Source of the DNA: Ignavibacteriota bacterium
Lineage (GTDB): Bacteria > Bacteroidota > Ignavibacteria > UBA10030 > UBA6906
Direction: 5' to 3'
Assembly: GCA_016218065.1 (NCBI GenBank)
Contig: JACRFA010000109.1
Location: forward strand, 9,624 to 73,623
Length of the DNA stretch: 64,000 bases
Positions 47,369-55,982 of this stretch are shown one piece after another. Position 1 is the stretch's first letter; the number at the start of each line of letters is the position of its first letter. The position numbers were made by a program, and so were the translations under genes. The notes beneath the pieces were generated by a model. The model searched no databases. It saw only the letters and a list, made by a program, of their open reading frames with translations, and was not told where the DNA came from.

Positions 47369-48779
47369 TCGATTGATTGACTAATATGTACTCGAGTTTC
47401 ATGACAGAACGTGTTTCGCTTGTCACCTTGAAGCGGTCGTCGATCCGGCAGCCGCATACCCACACGATGTCGCCCTTGCGTGTTTCCAGGATAGGAACTT
47501 TTCGCTTCTCGTACAGAGGGATCTTTGCATCGACAAAGAAGTCGCTCACTTTCTTTTTGGATTTCATCCCCAGTGGGACGAACGCATCACCATCCTGCCA
47601 TGATCGAAGAATCAGATCTTCGCCTGCGATCCGATCCGCATCGACATACTCAACGTTGCCGCCATTCATGGAAAGCCCCTTCAGCTCGACGATTTCAGAA
47701 GCGAAGGAGAATGTCGGAAACCAATACCGATGATTCGGAATGACGGCAAACCGGAAGTCTGGAATTTCCTCGCCGCGCCGGAACACGAGATGATCTCTGT
47801 TCCTGAAAGCAACATAATCCTTATTCAGCGCAATCCAGGAGCCGGACAATCCTTCGGTAAGACCGAGAATATTCTGGACCTGATCGTATTCCAACTTGCA
47901 GCCGGCGAACGTCTCCGCAGCGAGCATCACGATATACTGCTGCAGCAATTGCGGATTGCTTCGCAATCGCGGAATAGAGAGCTGCAGCTCAATTGTGTTG
48001 TCGTTAACGACGATTCCCTGGTAGTGCTCTTTGGCCGTTTGCCTCAGATACGCTTCCAGTTCGCGAAACACTTCTGCCGAGCGGCTCATCGTGGCAACGA
48101 CATCAGGATTCACCTTCTCCTTCACGAGAGGAAGGATGTGTTGCCTGATGTAGTTGCGCGTGTAGCAGTCTTTCGCGTTCGACGAATCCTCGCGGTACGC
48201 GAGATGCTCGGCGGCAGCATACGTCTCAATCTCCGAGCGCTGCGCAAACAACAGCGGCCTGATGATGCGCCGGTCTTCGCGGAACACCGGAATGCCCGCA
48301 AGCCCGGAGACCCCTGCGCCGCGGAACATGTTGAACATGATCGTCTCAACATTGTCGTTGGCGTTGTGCGCCGTAGCGATCTTGTCAAAGCCGCTCGACA
48401 TGAGCAACTTGTCGAAGAACTCGTAGCGTAGGTCCCGCGCCGCTTCCTGAATACCGATCTTCTTGAATCGCGCGTACTCTTCCGTGTTCGCCCGCTCGAC
48501 GTAAAACTCCAGCGCGTAGTGCCGGGCACGTTGAGCCACAAACTGCTCGTCCTCGTCACTTTCGTCGCCGCGTAGCTGAAAATTGAAATGGGCGACGATC
48601 AACGTCAGCCCAAATGCTTCCTGCTCCTTCGCCAACAAATCGAGAAGGACAATAGAATCAACGCCCCCGCTTACCGCCGCGACAATCTTGTCTCGTTCCT
48701 CAATAATGCGCCGGCGACGACTGAACTCGTGAAACTTTGTCAGGAACGCTCTCGACGAAAACATCGTAGTCGTTGCCAT
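47337..48779 (-). CDS. tilS: tRNA(Ile)-lysidine synthetase
   Basis: PP-loop 'VSGGVDSIVLLDLL', and a C-terminal TilS substrate-binding domain 'PLYEKRKVPIL....IVWVCGCRIDDRFKV'. Confidence 0.9.
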   Translation of the reverse strand: MATTTMFSSRAFLTKFHEFSRRRRIIEERDKIVAAVSGGVDSIVLLDLLAKEQEAFGLTLIVAHFNFQLRGDESDEDEQFVAQRARHYALEFYVERANTEEYARFKKIGIQEAARDLRYEFFDKLLMSSGFDKIATAHNANDNVETIMFNMFRGAGVSGLAGIPVFREDRRIIRPLLFAQRSEIETYAAAEHLAYREDSSNAKDCYTRNYIRQHILPLVKEKVNPDVVATMSRSAEVFRELEAYLRQTAKEHYQGIVVNDNTIELQLSIPRLRSNPQLLQQYIVMLAAETFAGCKLEYDQVQNILGLTEGLSGSWIALNKDYVAFRNRDHLVFRRGEEIPDFRFAVIPNHRYWFPTFSFASEIVELKGLSMNGGNVEYVDADRIAGEDLILRSWQDGDAFVPLGMKSKKKVSDFFVDAKIPLYEKRKVPILETRKGDIVWVCGCRIDDRFKVTSETRSVMKLEYILVNQSNGKEGNQDQR

Positions 48780-48952
48780 TCCTCAAGCTATTCAGAAAAA
48801 AACCGTGATACGTGTGCACAGAGCCGGTCCGTGGGTCACAGTATAAACAATTTCGGCGATTTATGCTATGCACGAAACGAGGCGAAACCGCATGGACTCG
48901 GTCACTTTCCAACAAAAAATCCGACAGCATGCGCCATCGGATCCTTCTGGTG

Positions 48953-49026
48953 TAGCGGGAGAGGGATTCGAACCCACGACCTACGGATTATGATTCCGAC
49001 GCTCTAACCAGCTGAGCTATCCCGCC
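48953..49026 (-). tRNA. tRNA with CAU anticodon (elongator Met or lysidine-dependent Ile2; not resolved)
   Basis: The reverse complement is GGCGGGATAGCTCAGCTGGTTAGAGCGTCGGAATCATAATCCGTAGGTCGTGGGTTCGAATCCCTCTCCCGCTA. Hand-folded cloverleaf: 7-bp acceptor stem (G1-U72), D arm GCTC/GAGC, anticodon loop ATCATAA, T loop TTCGAAT. There are U27-U43 and U50-U64 mismatches, and CCA is not encoded in register. Confidence 0.8.
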
Positions 49027-49166
49027 AAAGTTTTTCAGAACGAAAGAAATATACTCTTAAGTCCGCAAAAGCGCAAGGTAGCGTATTGTTGTCTCTCTCT
49101 TTGCAACTCGCCGAGTGAATAGATATATTTTCCAGCCAGTGACAACCACCAATTCGCTTTCACCTC

Positions 49167-50051
49167 ATGATCAGCCTTCCGACCGGCACGACACACACAG
49201 CAACAACACTTGACGACGCGTTTGCGTATTGTCGGAAGATCGCGCGCAAACACTACGAAAACTTTCCAGTCGCTTCGTTCTTCTTGCCTGCCAGACTTCG
49301 TCCGTATGTCGCTGCGATTTATGCGTACGCCCGTACAGCCGATGACTTTGCCGACGAAGGGCGCCGCACGCAATCCGAGCGGCTTGCCGCGCTTGATGAT
49401 TGGCACAAGCAACTCATCGCCTGCAACGAAGGCGAGGCAAAGAATCCGATCTTTGTGGCGCTTGCAGAGGTAATCCGGCGCAAGAAGATTCCCGTACAGC
49501 TCTTATCCGATCTCTTGTCCGCTTTTAAGATGGATGTAACGAACACGCGGTTCGCAACGTATCAGGACGCGTTGCACTACTGCAAGCATTCTGCAAATCC
49601 CATTGGCCGGCTGATGCTGTATCTGTTCGATGATGTCAATGAAGGGAAATTCGAACTCTCGGATAACATTTGCACGGCGCTGCAACTCGCGAATTTCTGG
49701 CAGGATGTGGCGGTTGACACGCGCAAAGGCCGAATCTACATCCCGCTTGAAGATATGAGTCGTTTTGCCTATACTGAGCACGAACTCGAAGCGGGCCGCT
49801 TCGACAAGAGATTTGAGTCGCTCATGCGATTCGAAACGGGGCGCACTCGCGAGTTGTTCATTTCAGGAAAGCCATTGCTCAGCAGCGCGGCGCCCGAACT
49901 TCGGTTCGAGTTGCGATTGACCTGGAACGGCGGCATGCGCATCTTGAAAGAAGTTGAATCGAACCCGAACGTGTTTCGTCGCCGCCCGACACTTGGCGTG
50001 CTGGACAAGTTTTCGCTTATCGTTGCATCATTGATTCATCGAACGTCATGA
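49167..50051 (+). CDS. hpnC: squalene/phytoene-synthase family enzyme, HpnC-like (hydroxysqualene synthase)
   Basis: 'YCRKIARKHYENFPVASFFLP', 'YAYARTADDFADEG', second Asp-rich region 'FWQDV'. Confidence 0.78.
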   Translation: MISLPTGTTHTATTLDDAFAYCRKIARKHYENFPVASFFLPARLRPYVAAIYAYARTADDFADEGRRTQSERLAALDDWHKQLIACNEGEAKNPIFVALAEVIRRKKIPVQLLSDLLSAFKMDVTNTRFATYQDALHYCKHSANPIGRLMLYLFDDVNEGKFELSDNICTALQLANFWQDVAVDTRKGRIYIPLEDMSRFAYTEHELEAGRFDKRFESLMRFETGRTRELFISGKPLLSSAAPELRFELRLTWNGGMRILKEVESNPNVFRRRPTLGVLDKFSLIVASLIHRTS

Positions 50052-50929
50052 ACGTATTAGCAGAAGACATCACGAAGAGCAGCAACACGAGTTTCTACTA
50101 CTCTTTTTCGTTGCTGCCAAGACACAAGCGTGAAGTGATTCATGCCGTCTATGCCTTCTGCCGTTACACCGATGACATTGTAGATGAGGGGCCGGACGAC
50201 ACGAGGAAAGTTGTCCTGCTGCGCAAGTGGCGGATGGAACTCGGCAAAACAATCAACGGGCGTTCAAACTCTCCGCTGCTCAATCAGCTCGCGACAACGG
50301 CGCGACGATTCAATATCCCGGTCGATCATTTTTATGAACTGATCCGCGGCATGGAGTTGGATCTCTGGAAGAAACGCTACGAGAATTTCGATGAACTGCG
50401 CGAGTACTGCTATCTCGTCGCGTCATCGGTCGGATTGATGTGCCGGCAGATTTTCGGCTACAAGAATGAGTCAACGCGGGACTACGCCATCAATCTCGGC
50501 ATTGCCCTTCAGCTCACGAACATCTTGCGCGATGTGAAAGACGATGCGAAGCGCGGACGCATCTACCTGCCGCTGGAAGATATGAAACGTTTCGGCGTGA
50601 CCGAAGACGACATTCTGCAAAACAACTACACGCAGAACTTCGTGGACTTGATGCGCTACGAATGCAACCGCGCCTGCGAGTATTTCGATCTTGCACGCAA
50701 CGCGCTCAAGAACGAAGACAAGCACTACTTCTTTGCAGCGCGTGTCATGTGGTCGATCTACGCGCACACGCTGCGCCGCATCGAACACTCGAACTACAAT
50801 GTGTTTGCCCGGCGCATCGCCATCTCGAAGCCGCTCAAGCTGCTCATCGCCATCCGCTACTGGCTCAGTCATCAGATCAGATACTCGCACGAGCCGGGCA
50901 CAGCTCTGCATGGGCTTTCAATCATCTGA
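50048..50929 (+). CDS. hpnD: squalene/phytoene-synthase family enzyme, HpnD-like (presqualene diphosphate synthase)
   Basis: ATGA overlap with hpnC. 'SFYYSFSLLPRHKREVIHAVYAFCRYTDDIVDEG', 'LTNILRDVKDDAKRGRIYLP'. Confidence 0.78.
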   Translation: MNVLAEDITKSSNTSFYYSFSLLPRHKREVIHAVYAFCRYTDDIVDEGPDDTRKVVLLRKWRMELGKTINGRSNSPLLNQLATTARRFNIPVDHFYELIRGMELDLWKKRYENFDELREYCYLVASSVGLMCRQIFGYKNESTRDYAINLGIALQLTNILRDVKDDAKRGRIYLPLEDMKRFGVTEDDILQNNYTQNFVDLMRYECNRACEYFDLARNALKNEDKHYFFAARVMWSIYAHTLRRIEHSNYNVFARRIAISKPLKLLIAIRYWLSHQIRYSHEPGTALHGLSII

Positions 50930-51325
50930 TTCCTTCGCCACCGGCAGTTGCATCGCGTTCCACTCCACCATCCCTCCCTGAACGTTCAGAACGGTGAAGC
51001 CGCGCTGCGAGAGCAGCTCTGTTGCGCGAGCGCTTCGTCGTCCCGTCCGGCAGACAGCGAGAATTGTTTTGCTCGTGTCCAGCTCGGCGATGTGTTGCTC
51101 AAGTTCCTGCACCGGGATCAAGACCGCACTCCTGATGTGTCCAAGCTCGCCAGCAAACTCAGCCTGAGTTCGGACGTCGAGCACAACCACCGATGAATCA
51201 CGCTCGATCATGCGTTGCGCATCTTCAACGGAGATACCTTTGCCGTCGTCGGATTGACCGAAGAGAAAAAATCCGATCGCCGCAAACGTTGCAACAAGCA
51301 CGCCTTGCATTGTCATTTGTTTCAT
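50918..51325 (-). CDS. exported single-domain rhodanese (sulfurtransferase)
   Basis: ORF 50918..51394; ATG at 51325 with GGAAGGAAGG upstream. N-terminal TM/signal segment. Active-site loop 'AVCRTGRRS'. Confidence 0.8.
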   Translation of the reverse strand: MKQMTMQGVLVATFAAIGFFLFGQSDDGKGISVEDAQRMIERDSSVVVLDVRTQAEFAGELGHIRSAVLIPVQELEQHIAELDTSKTILAVCRTGRRSARATELLSQRGFTVLNVQGGMVEWNAMQLPVAKESDD

Positions 51326-51345
51326 GTTCCTTCCTTCCCCAATCC

Positions 51346-52452
51346 CTATATCCTCACCGCTGCCCGAACAAGCGGATATCCCCGCGCCATCCACGCCGAT
51401 GTTCCGCCGATCAGATTCATCACATTGGTGTAGCCGAGTCTTTGCAGGAAGAACGCCGCTTCGATTGATCGTGATCCGCTTTGACAGAGCGCGACGATCG
51501 GCGCAGATTTGTCGGCGGGCAACTCACGGGTTCGCGCCGCCAACTGCCTGACAGAAATGTTCAGCACGCCCTCGACGGCGCCCGTCATCATCAGCTCAAT
51601 CGGCTCTCTCACATCAAGGAGCGCCGGAGGAGTTTCTTCGAGCAGCATCGAGTGAAGCTCTTCGGCGGAGATGTTCTTGAATGTATCGGATGGCTGCGCC
51701 ACTCGTTGAACTCCGCATTGTAATGTTGTTTTGCCTCCGGTTGCGTCTTCAGTAAGCGGCGGAAAAAAATCTTCGATGAAGCGAATGAACTCCTCTTCCG
51801 TTCTCTGTTTGAGAAAAGGATTGTTCTTCTTCTCATCGCCCAGGAAGGCGAACGTGTTCTCCGCGTAGTCGTGTCCGGGATACATCTTTGTTGAATCGGG
51901 GAGCGGGAGGATTTTCTCTGTGAGACTGCGATACTGCTCGGCTGCGTTGCCTCCCGGCAGATCGCTTCGTCCTGCCTGCCCGATGAGCAGCAGGTCGCCG
52001 GTGAACAACGCATCTTCGACACGCAGCGCGATATGATTGTCGGTGTGTCCGGGCGTGAAGAGTACGTCAACGCTCATCTCACCGACAACGATTGTCTCTC
52101 CGTCATTCACAAAGATGTCGATGGGAATCTTTGCGTTCGCTCTCAGCGTGTCTCCGATGCCGAATCGATCGCCTTCATCAATGATCTTCCACTTGTGTTT
52201 TGTGTTTTCGTGCATCACAATCGGCGAGCCGAACAACTGCTGCAACTCGCCGGCGCCGGAGACATGGTCGGCGTGTGTGTGCGTATCGACAATGTGCGTA
52301 AGCCGGACGTTCTCGCTTCGGATCGTGTCGGCGATTCTCGCGACATCTTCGCGATTGGGGTCGATGAGGAGGGCGGAGCCTGTGCGCTCGTCAACGACCA
52401 GATACGAGAGCGTGCCCGTACCGTCAGTCGATCGGATTTGGTGAATCTGCAT
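51346..52452 (-). CDS. MBL-fold persulfide-dioxygenase-like enzyme fused to a C-terminal rhodanese
   Basis: ORF 51346..52506; ATG at 52452 with GGAGG upstream. 'IVDTHTHADHVSGA', 'TPGHTDNH', 'YPGHDY'. Rhodanese loop 'ALCQSGSRS'. Confidence 0.8.
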   Translation of the reverse strand: MQIHQIRSTDGTGTLSYLVVDERTGSALLIDPNREDVARIADTIRSENVRLTHIVDTHTHADHVSGAGELQQLFGSPIVMHENTKHKWKIIDEGDRFGIGDTLRANAKIPIDIFVNDGETIVVGEMSVDVLFTPGHTDNHIALRVEDALFTGDLLLIGQAGRSDLPGGNAAEQYRSLTEKILPLPDSTKMYPGHDYAENTFAFLGDEKKNNPFLKQRTEEEFIRFIEDFFPPLTEDATGGKTTLQCGVQRVAQPSDTFKNISAEELHSMLLEETPPALLDVREPIELMMTGAVEGVLNISVRQLAARTRELPADKSAPIVALCQSGSRSIEAAFFLQRLGYTNVMNLIGGTSAWMARGYPLVRAAVRI

Positions 52453-52564
52453 ACTGCCTCCACGCTGTTCCGAACAAATGTCAAAGGACGTGTGTGAGTA
52501 TAGCAAAAGCCGGAGTTCTGTTCAACCTCATTCCGACATAAAAAACGAATGGGAAGGCTGATGC

Positions 52565-52597
52565 CGCGGATCAAGCGGATTGTGATACGGATTTTGA
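52565..52597. repeat. triple-CGGAT motif repeat
   Basis: CGCGGATCAAGCGGATTGTGATACGGATTTTGA. A second copy, CGCGGATTAGGCGGATTCTCACGGATCTTGA, lies at 58516..58547. Confidence 0.6.
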
Positions 52598-52687
52598 CCA
52601 TTGAACCGAGAACCGAGATCAGCGTTTCTGTGTTTCACTAACTGACATTGCGGAAGAACGTATCAAAGACAAAGTGAGGAGGAGAAC

Positions 52688-52993
52688 ATGGAAGCGTACG
52701 ACACACTCTCTGAAGCGATGGCGGGCTTGCAGCATCAGGGATACAATTACAATTTTGCAGTCGAAGGCGACGCGCTGATGTGCCAGGAGAACCACGTTCG
52801 TCTCCGACCGGAGGAGTTCGTGATCGACAAGGTATTTCGCTTCGAGGGCACAACCGACCCCGGCGACATGGAGGTGGTGTATGCGATCACGTCGCGTGCA
52901 CGCTCGCTCAAAGGCTTGCTCATCAGCGCGTACGGACCGTACAACGATGCCATCTCGTCGGAGATCGCGTCAAAGCTTACGTTGCGAAGATGA
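52688..52993 (+). CDS. conserved hypothetical small protein
   Basis: GGAGGAG RBS. The 101-aa 'GYNYNF...L.C.....L.PEEF.IDKVFRFEGTTDPGDMEVVYAITS..G.KGLLISAYG.Y' resembles a small family I recall from Bacteroidota that is often mis-annotated. Function unknown. Confidence 0.5.
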   Translation: MEAYDTLSEAMAGLQHQGYNYNFAVEGDALMCQENHVRLRPEEFVIDKVFRFEGTTDPGDMEVVYAITSRARSLKGLLISAYGPYNDAISSEIASKLTLRR

Positions 52994-53138
52994 ACGAGAC
53001 GCGCCGAGCGTTCATAGCGGGATATTCATGGCTGTCACGGCAGGCACGGCGTCGGACAGACGTGACGGCCTAGAAAAGGATTCACCGCGAAGACGCAAAG
53101 ACGCGAAGAAGCGTTTGAGTTCTTGAGTTTGGAAAGTA

Positions 53139-53197
53139 CAGTCATAGAGCCGTGACAGAATCAGGATAACCGGTCGCGGTTTGTCATCATGGCGCGA
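53139..53197. repeat. 59-nt repeat, copy 1
   Basis: CAGTCATAGAGCCGTGACAGAATCAGGATAACCGGTCGCGGTTTGTCATCATGGCGCGA; compare 62888..62946. Confidence 0.8.
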
Positions 53198-53246
53198 GGG
53201 TGTGGCGAGTTTGCCATGACGACCGGATTGCAAAAAAGGGGAATAG

Positions 53247-55817
53247 TCACTTGACAAGTAACGAAGCGTAGTGTGCTTCCTTGTTTCTGTTTCCCCATTC
53301 CTTATAAAGACCCACCACTGACGCAAGGGCTTTTTGAGTCAAGTCATCTTTGCTGCCGACGGTTTCATTCAACCCCTCATAACTTTCAAGCAAGTGCTTT
53401 TCTGCTTCAACAAAATTGCCTTTGTGGAGAAGGCTCTTCCCGTAATGATGTTGAGAGGTGAGCGTGAGGTTATTCTTGCCGCCAAATTTGTTCTTTCGGA
53501 TTTGATATGCCTTTCGCAAGTAGTAGATGGCTCTATCGAGTTTCCCACTCGCTTCAAAAACTCTTCCGTACCACATGTACGAACGACTCAAACTGATATT
53601 GTCCTCATCATAATTCTTCAGACCTACCTCGACAGAAGCCTTCATAAACTCTTCAGCTTTTTCATATTGGTTGATATTGAAAAATGTGCTGCCGACATTC
53701 GAATACGCAAGGATGAGATCGGGATGGTCTTCACCAAGAATTGCACGTTTGATATTCAAAGATTCTAAAAGCAACGGCAACGCATTGCGATGATCTTTCC
53801 TGTAAATGTTGATGAACGCGAGATTATTGAGACTGCTTGAAACAAGCACGTGAAAATTCCCATAATGCTTTCGAAACACTCTCAGGCTTTCCCGATAAAG
53901 AGAGTCTGCTTCATCCAATTTGTTGAGGTAGTTGTACGAAGTTGCCAGGTTGTTTTTGATTTCTGCCACCTTTGGATCTTCAGGCCCCTTTATGGACTCA
54001 CCAATGGTCAACGCCTCTTTGGTTAACTCTTCGGCCTGTTGATATTCGCCTTTCTCGCTCATCAGCGTCCCATACGCGTCCAACACTATTGCAGTCTCAA
54101 ATGAAGGCTCCGTTTCCACAGACTTCAACATTTCAAGAGATTGTTTAAAATGCTGTTCAGTCTTTTCGATATCCCCTTTGTATTGATACACCAGACCCAG
54201 CGCCTTGAGGCTCATTGCAGCGTCTTTACTTCTTTCACCGAACAACTTCTTGTTCAGATCATGCGCCTTGACAAATTCGGTTTCTGCTGAATCATAAATT
54301 CCAAGATTCTGATACGTGTGTCCGAGCATTCCTCGTAGCTCAGCTTCAATTTGCGGATGCCCAGCCAATTCAAGCGACATGCTCTGCGAGGCTTTTTGAA
54401 CAACATCAATCACCGTTACTTTACTGCCGTCTTTCCTCGGATCAGGCGCAGAGATCATATCCAGAAAAAGAGATTTTATCCTGTTGGCTTTTTCTGCTTC
54501 AAGCTTTGCGAGGTCTCTTTCCTGTGCTGTTAAGCGCGACTGCCAGATGATTCCGCCTATCCCCAAAATGACAATGAGAGAAATTGCCGAAACAAATCCG
54601 GCGGTGGCCTTATTTCTTTTGATGAGCTTCTTGCTCCTGTAGAAAAATGTATCGCTATGCGCCGTAACCGGTTTGTCGTTCAGATATCTTCTGATATCCT
54701 CCGCGAAATGATCAACTGAGGCGTAGCGCCTTTGAGGTTCTTTCCGGATGGACATTGAAATGATGTTATCAAGATCTCCAACCAGCGTTTTGTGGAGTCT
54801 GTCGAGACTGCTTTCTCTTGTCTTGCTAACAGACTCAGCGTTGATCGCGATTCTTTCTTCTCCGGATTCATTTTCAATTGTTTGAAAGATGATCTCACTC
54901 GGTTTGCTGGGATCTGTTTGCGTAATAATTTTCCGAATGTCCGAATGCAGAATGCTTTCAATTCGATACGGATTGTGTCCGGTTAAGAGCCGATAGAGAA
55001 TTATTCCCAGGGAATATACATCGCTTGCCGTGGTGATTGGCTCGCCTTTGATCTGTTCGGGACTTGCAAAGTCAGGTGTAAGATTCCACGCTCCTTTGTG
55101 CGTTATGGTTTCGTTCGATTCACCCTCGGGGGTCAAGATCTTTGCTATTCCAAAATCAAGAAGTTTTGGTTCGCCGTCATGTGTAACGAGAATATTACGC
55201 GGCTTGAGATCTCTATGCACCACAAGGTTTTGATGCGCAAATTGAACGACCGAAGCGACTTTCAGAAAAAGATGCAATCGCTGTTTGATGTTGAGTCTGT
55301 TGTTGTCGCAATAGTCGTCGATGGGAATCCCGTCGATGTATTCCATTACAAGGAACTGGATGCCGTCTTCTGTGACTCCCCCATCAAGCAATCTCGAAAT
55401 ATTTGGGTGATTGAGATTGGCGAGGGTCTGTCGCTCGGCCTGAAATCGTTTGATCACGGTACCGGAAGCAACGCCCGGATTAATTATTTTCACTGCAGCC
55501 GTTTGTTTTACTTCATCATCACGCACTCCAAGATACACCAGGCCCATGCCGCCCCTGGCTATGAGTCTTTCAATCTTATATTTGCCAAAAATCTTTCCTA
55601 CAAAAAGGTTGTGATTATCCGGAGAAGTGTCGGTGGGAATTGCGGAATCTTCTAGGAACGCTTCGGATTTATCGTGGGCTAAAAGGAGCGAATAGAGTTC
55701 CTGTTTTAGCTCCGGCTCCTTGCAATGAGCATCGATGTAGTGTTCTCTTTCGTTCTTTTGCAGATCAATGACATGAAAGAAAACTGCCTTTACATCTGTC
55801 CAGGTATTCTTGTCCAT
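53247..55817 (-). CDS. Ser/Thr protein kinase with one TM segment and an extracytoplasmic TPR array
   Basis: 'GGMGLVYLG', 'AVKII', 'HRDLKPRNILV', 'DFGIAK', 'SPEQ'. TM segment 'ATAGFVSAISLIVILGIGGIIW', followed by about 430 aa of TPR repeats. The gene is visibly AT-richer than its neighbours. Confidence 0.9.
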   Translation of the reverse strand: MDKNTWTDVKAVFFHVIDLQKNEREHYIDAHCKEPELKQELYSLLLAHDKSEAFLEDSAIPTDTSPDNHNLFVGKIFGKYKIERLIARGGMGLVYLGVRDDEVKQTAAVKIINPGVASGTVIKRFQAERQTLANLNHPNISRLLDGGVTEDGIQFLVMEYIDGIPIDDYCDNNRLNIKQRLHLFLKVASVVQFAHQNLVVHRDLKPRNILVTHDGEPKLLDFGIAKILTPEGESNETITHKGAWNLTPDFASPEQIKGEPITTASDVYSLGIILYRLLTGHNPYRIESILHSDIRKIITQTDPSKPSEIIFQTIENESGEERIAINAESVSKTRESSLDRLHKTLVGDLDNIISMSIRKEPQRRYASVDHFAEDIRRYLNDKPVTAHSDTFFYRSKKLIKRNKATAGFVSAISLIVILGIGGIIWQSRLTAQERDLAKLEAEKANRIKSLFLDMISAPDPRKDGSKVTVIDVVQKASQSMSLELAGHPQIEAELRGMLGHTYQNLGIYDSAETEFVKAHDLNKKLFGERSKDAAMSLKALGLVYQYKGDIEKTEQHFKQSLEMLKSVETEPSFETAIVLDAYGTLMSEKGEYQQAEELTKEALTIGESIKGPEDPKVAEIKNNLATSYNYLNKLDEADSLYRESLRVFRKHYGNFHVLVSSSLNNLAFINIYRKDHRNALPLLLESLNIKRAILGEDHPDLILAYSNVGSTFFNINQYEKAEEFMKASVEVGLKNYDEDNISLSRSYMWYGRVFEASGKLDRAIYYLRKAYQIRKNKFGGKNNLTLTSQHHYGKSLLHKGNFVEAEKHLLESYEGLNETVGSKDDLTQKALASVVGLYKEWGNRNKEAHYASLLVK

Positions 55818-55896
55818 AAGGATTTGCGAGAAAAGGGATCGATGCGTTCTACGGTTAATTCAATAACGAACAATTAAACTTCAAAACAAAAATCGA

Positions 55897-55956
55897 GACA
55901 CTCTCAACTTCACTATTCAGGCCAACTACATTTTGAAAATGAACGTTGAGAGTGTC
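55897..55956. promoter_or_regulatory. perfect 12-bp inverted repeat GACACTCTCAAC(n36)GTTGAGAGTGTC
   Basis: Lies in the 165-bp gap between the FG-GAP cargo stop (55983) and the kinase start (55817). Confidence 0.4.
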
Positions 55957-55982
55957 ACGCGCTGATGACAGATTCAGAAGAA

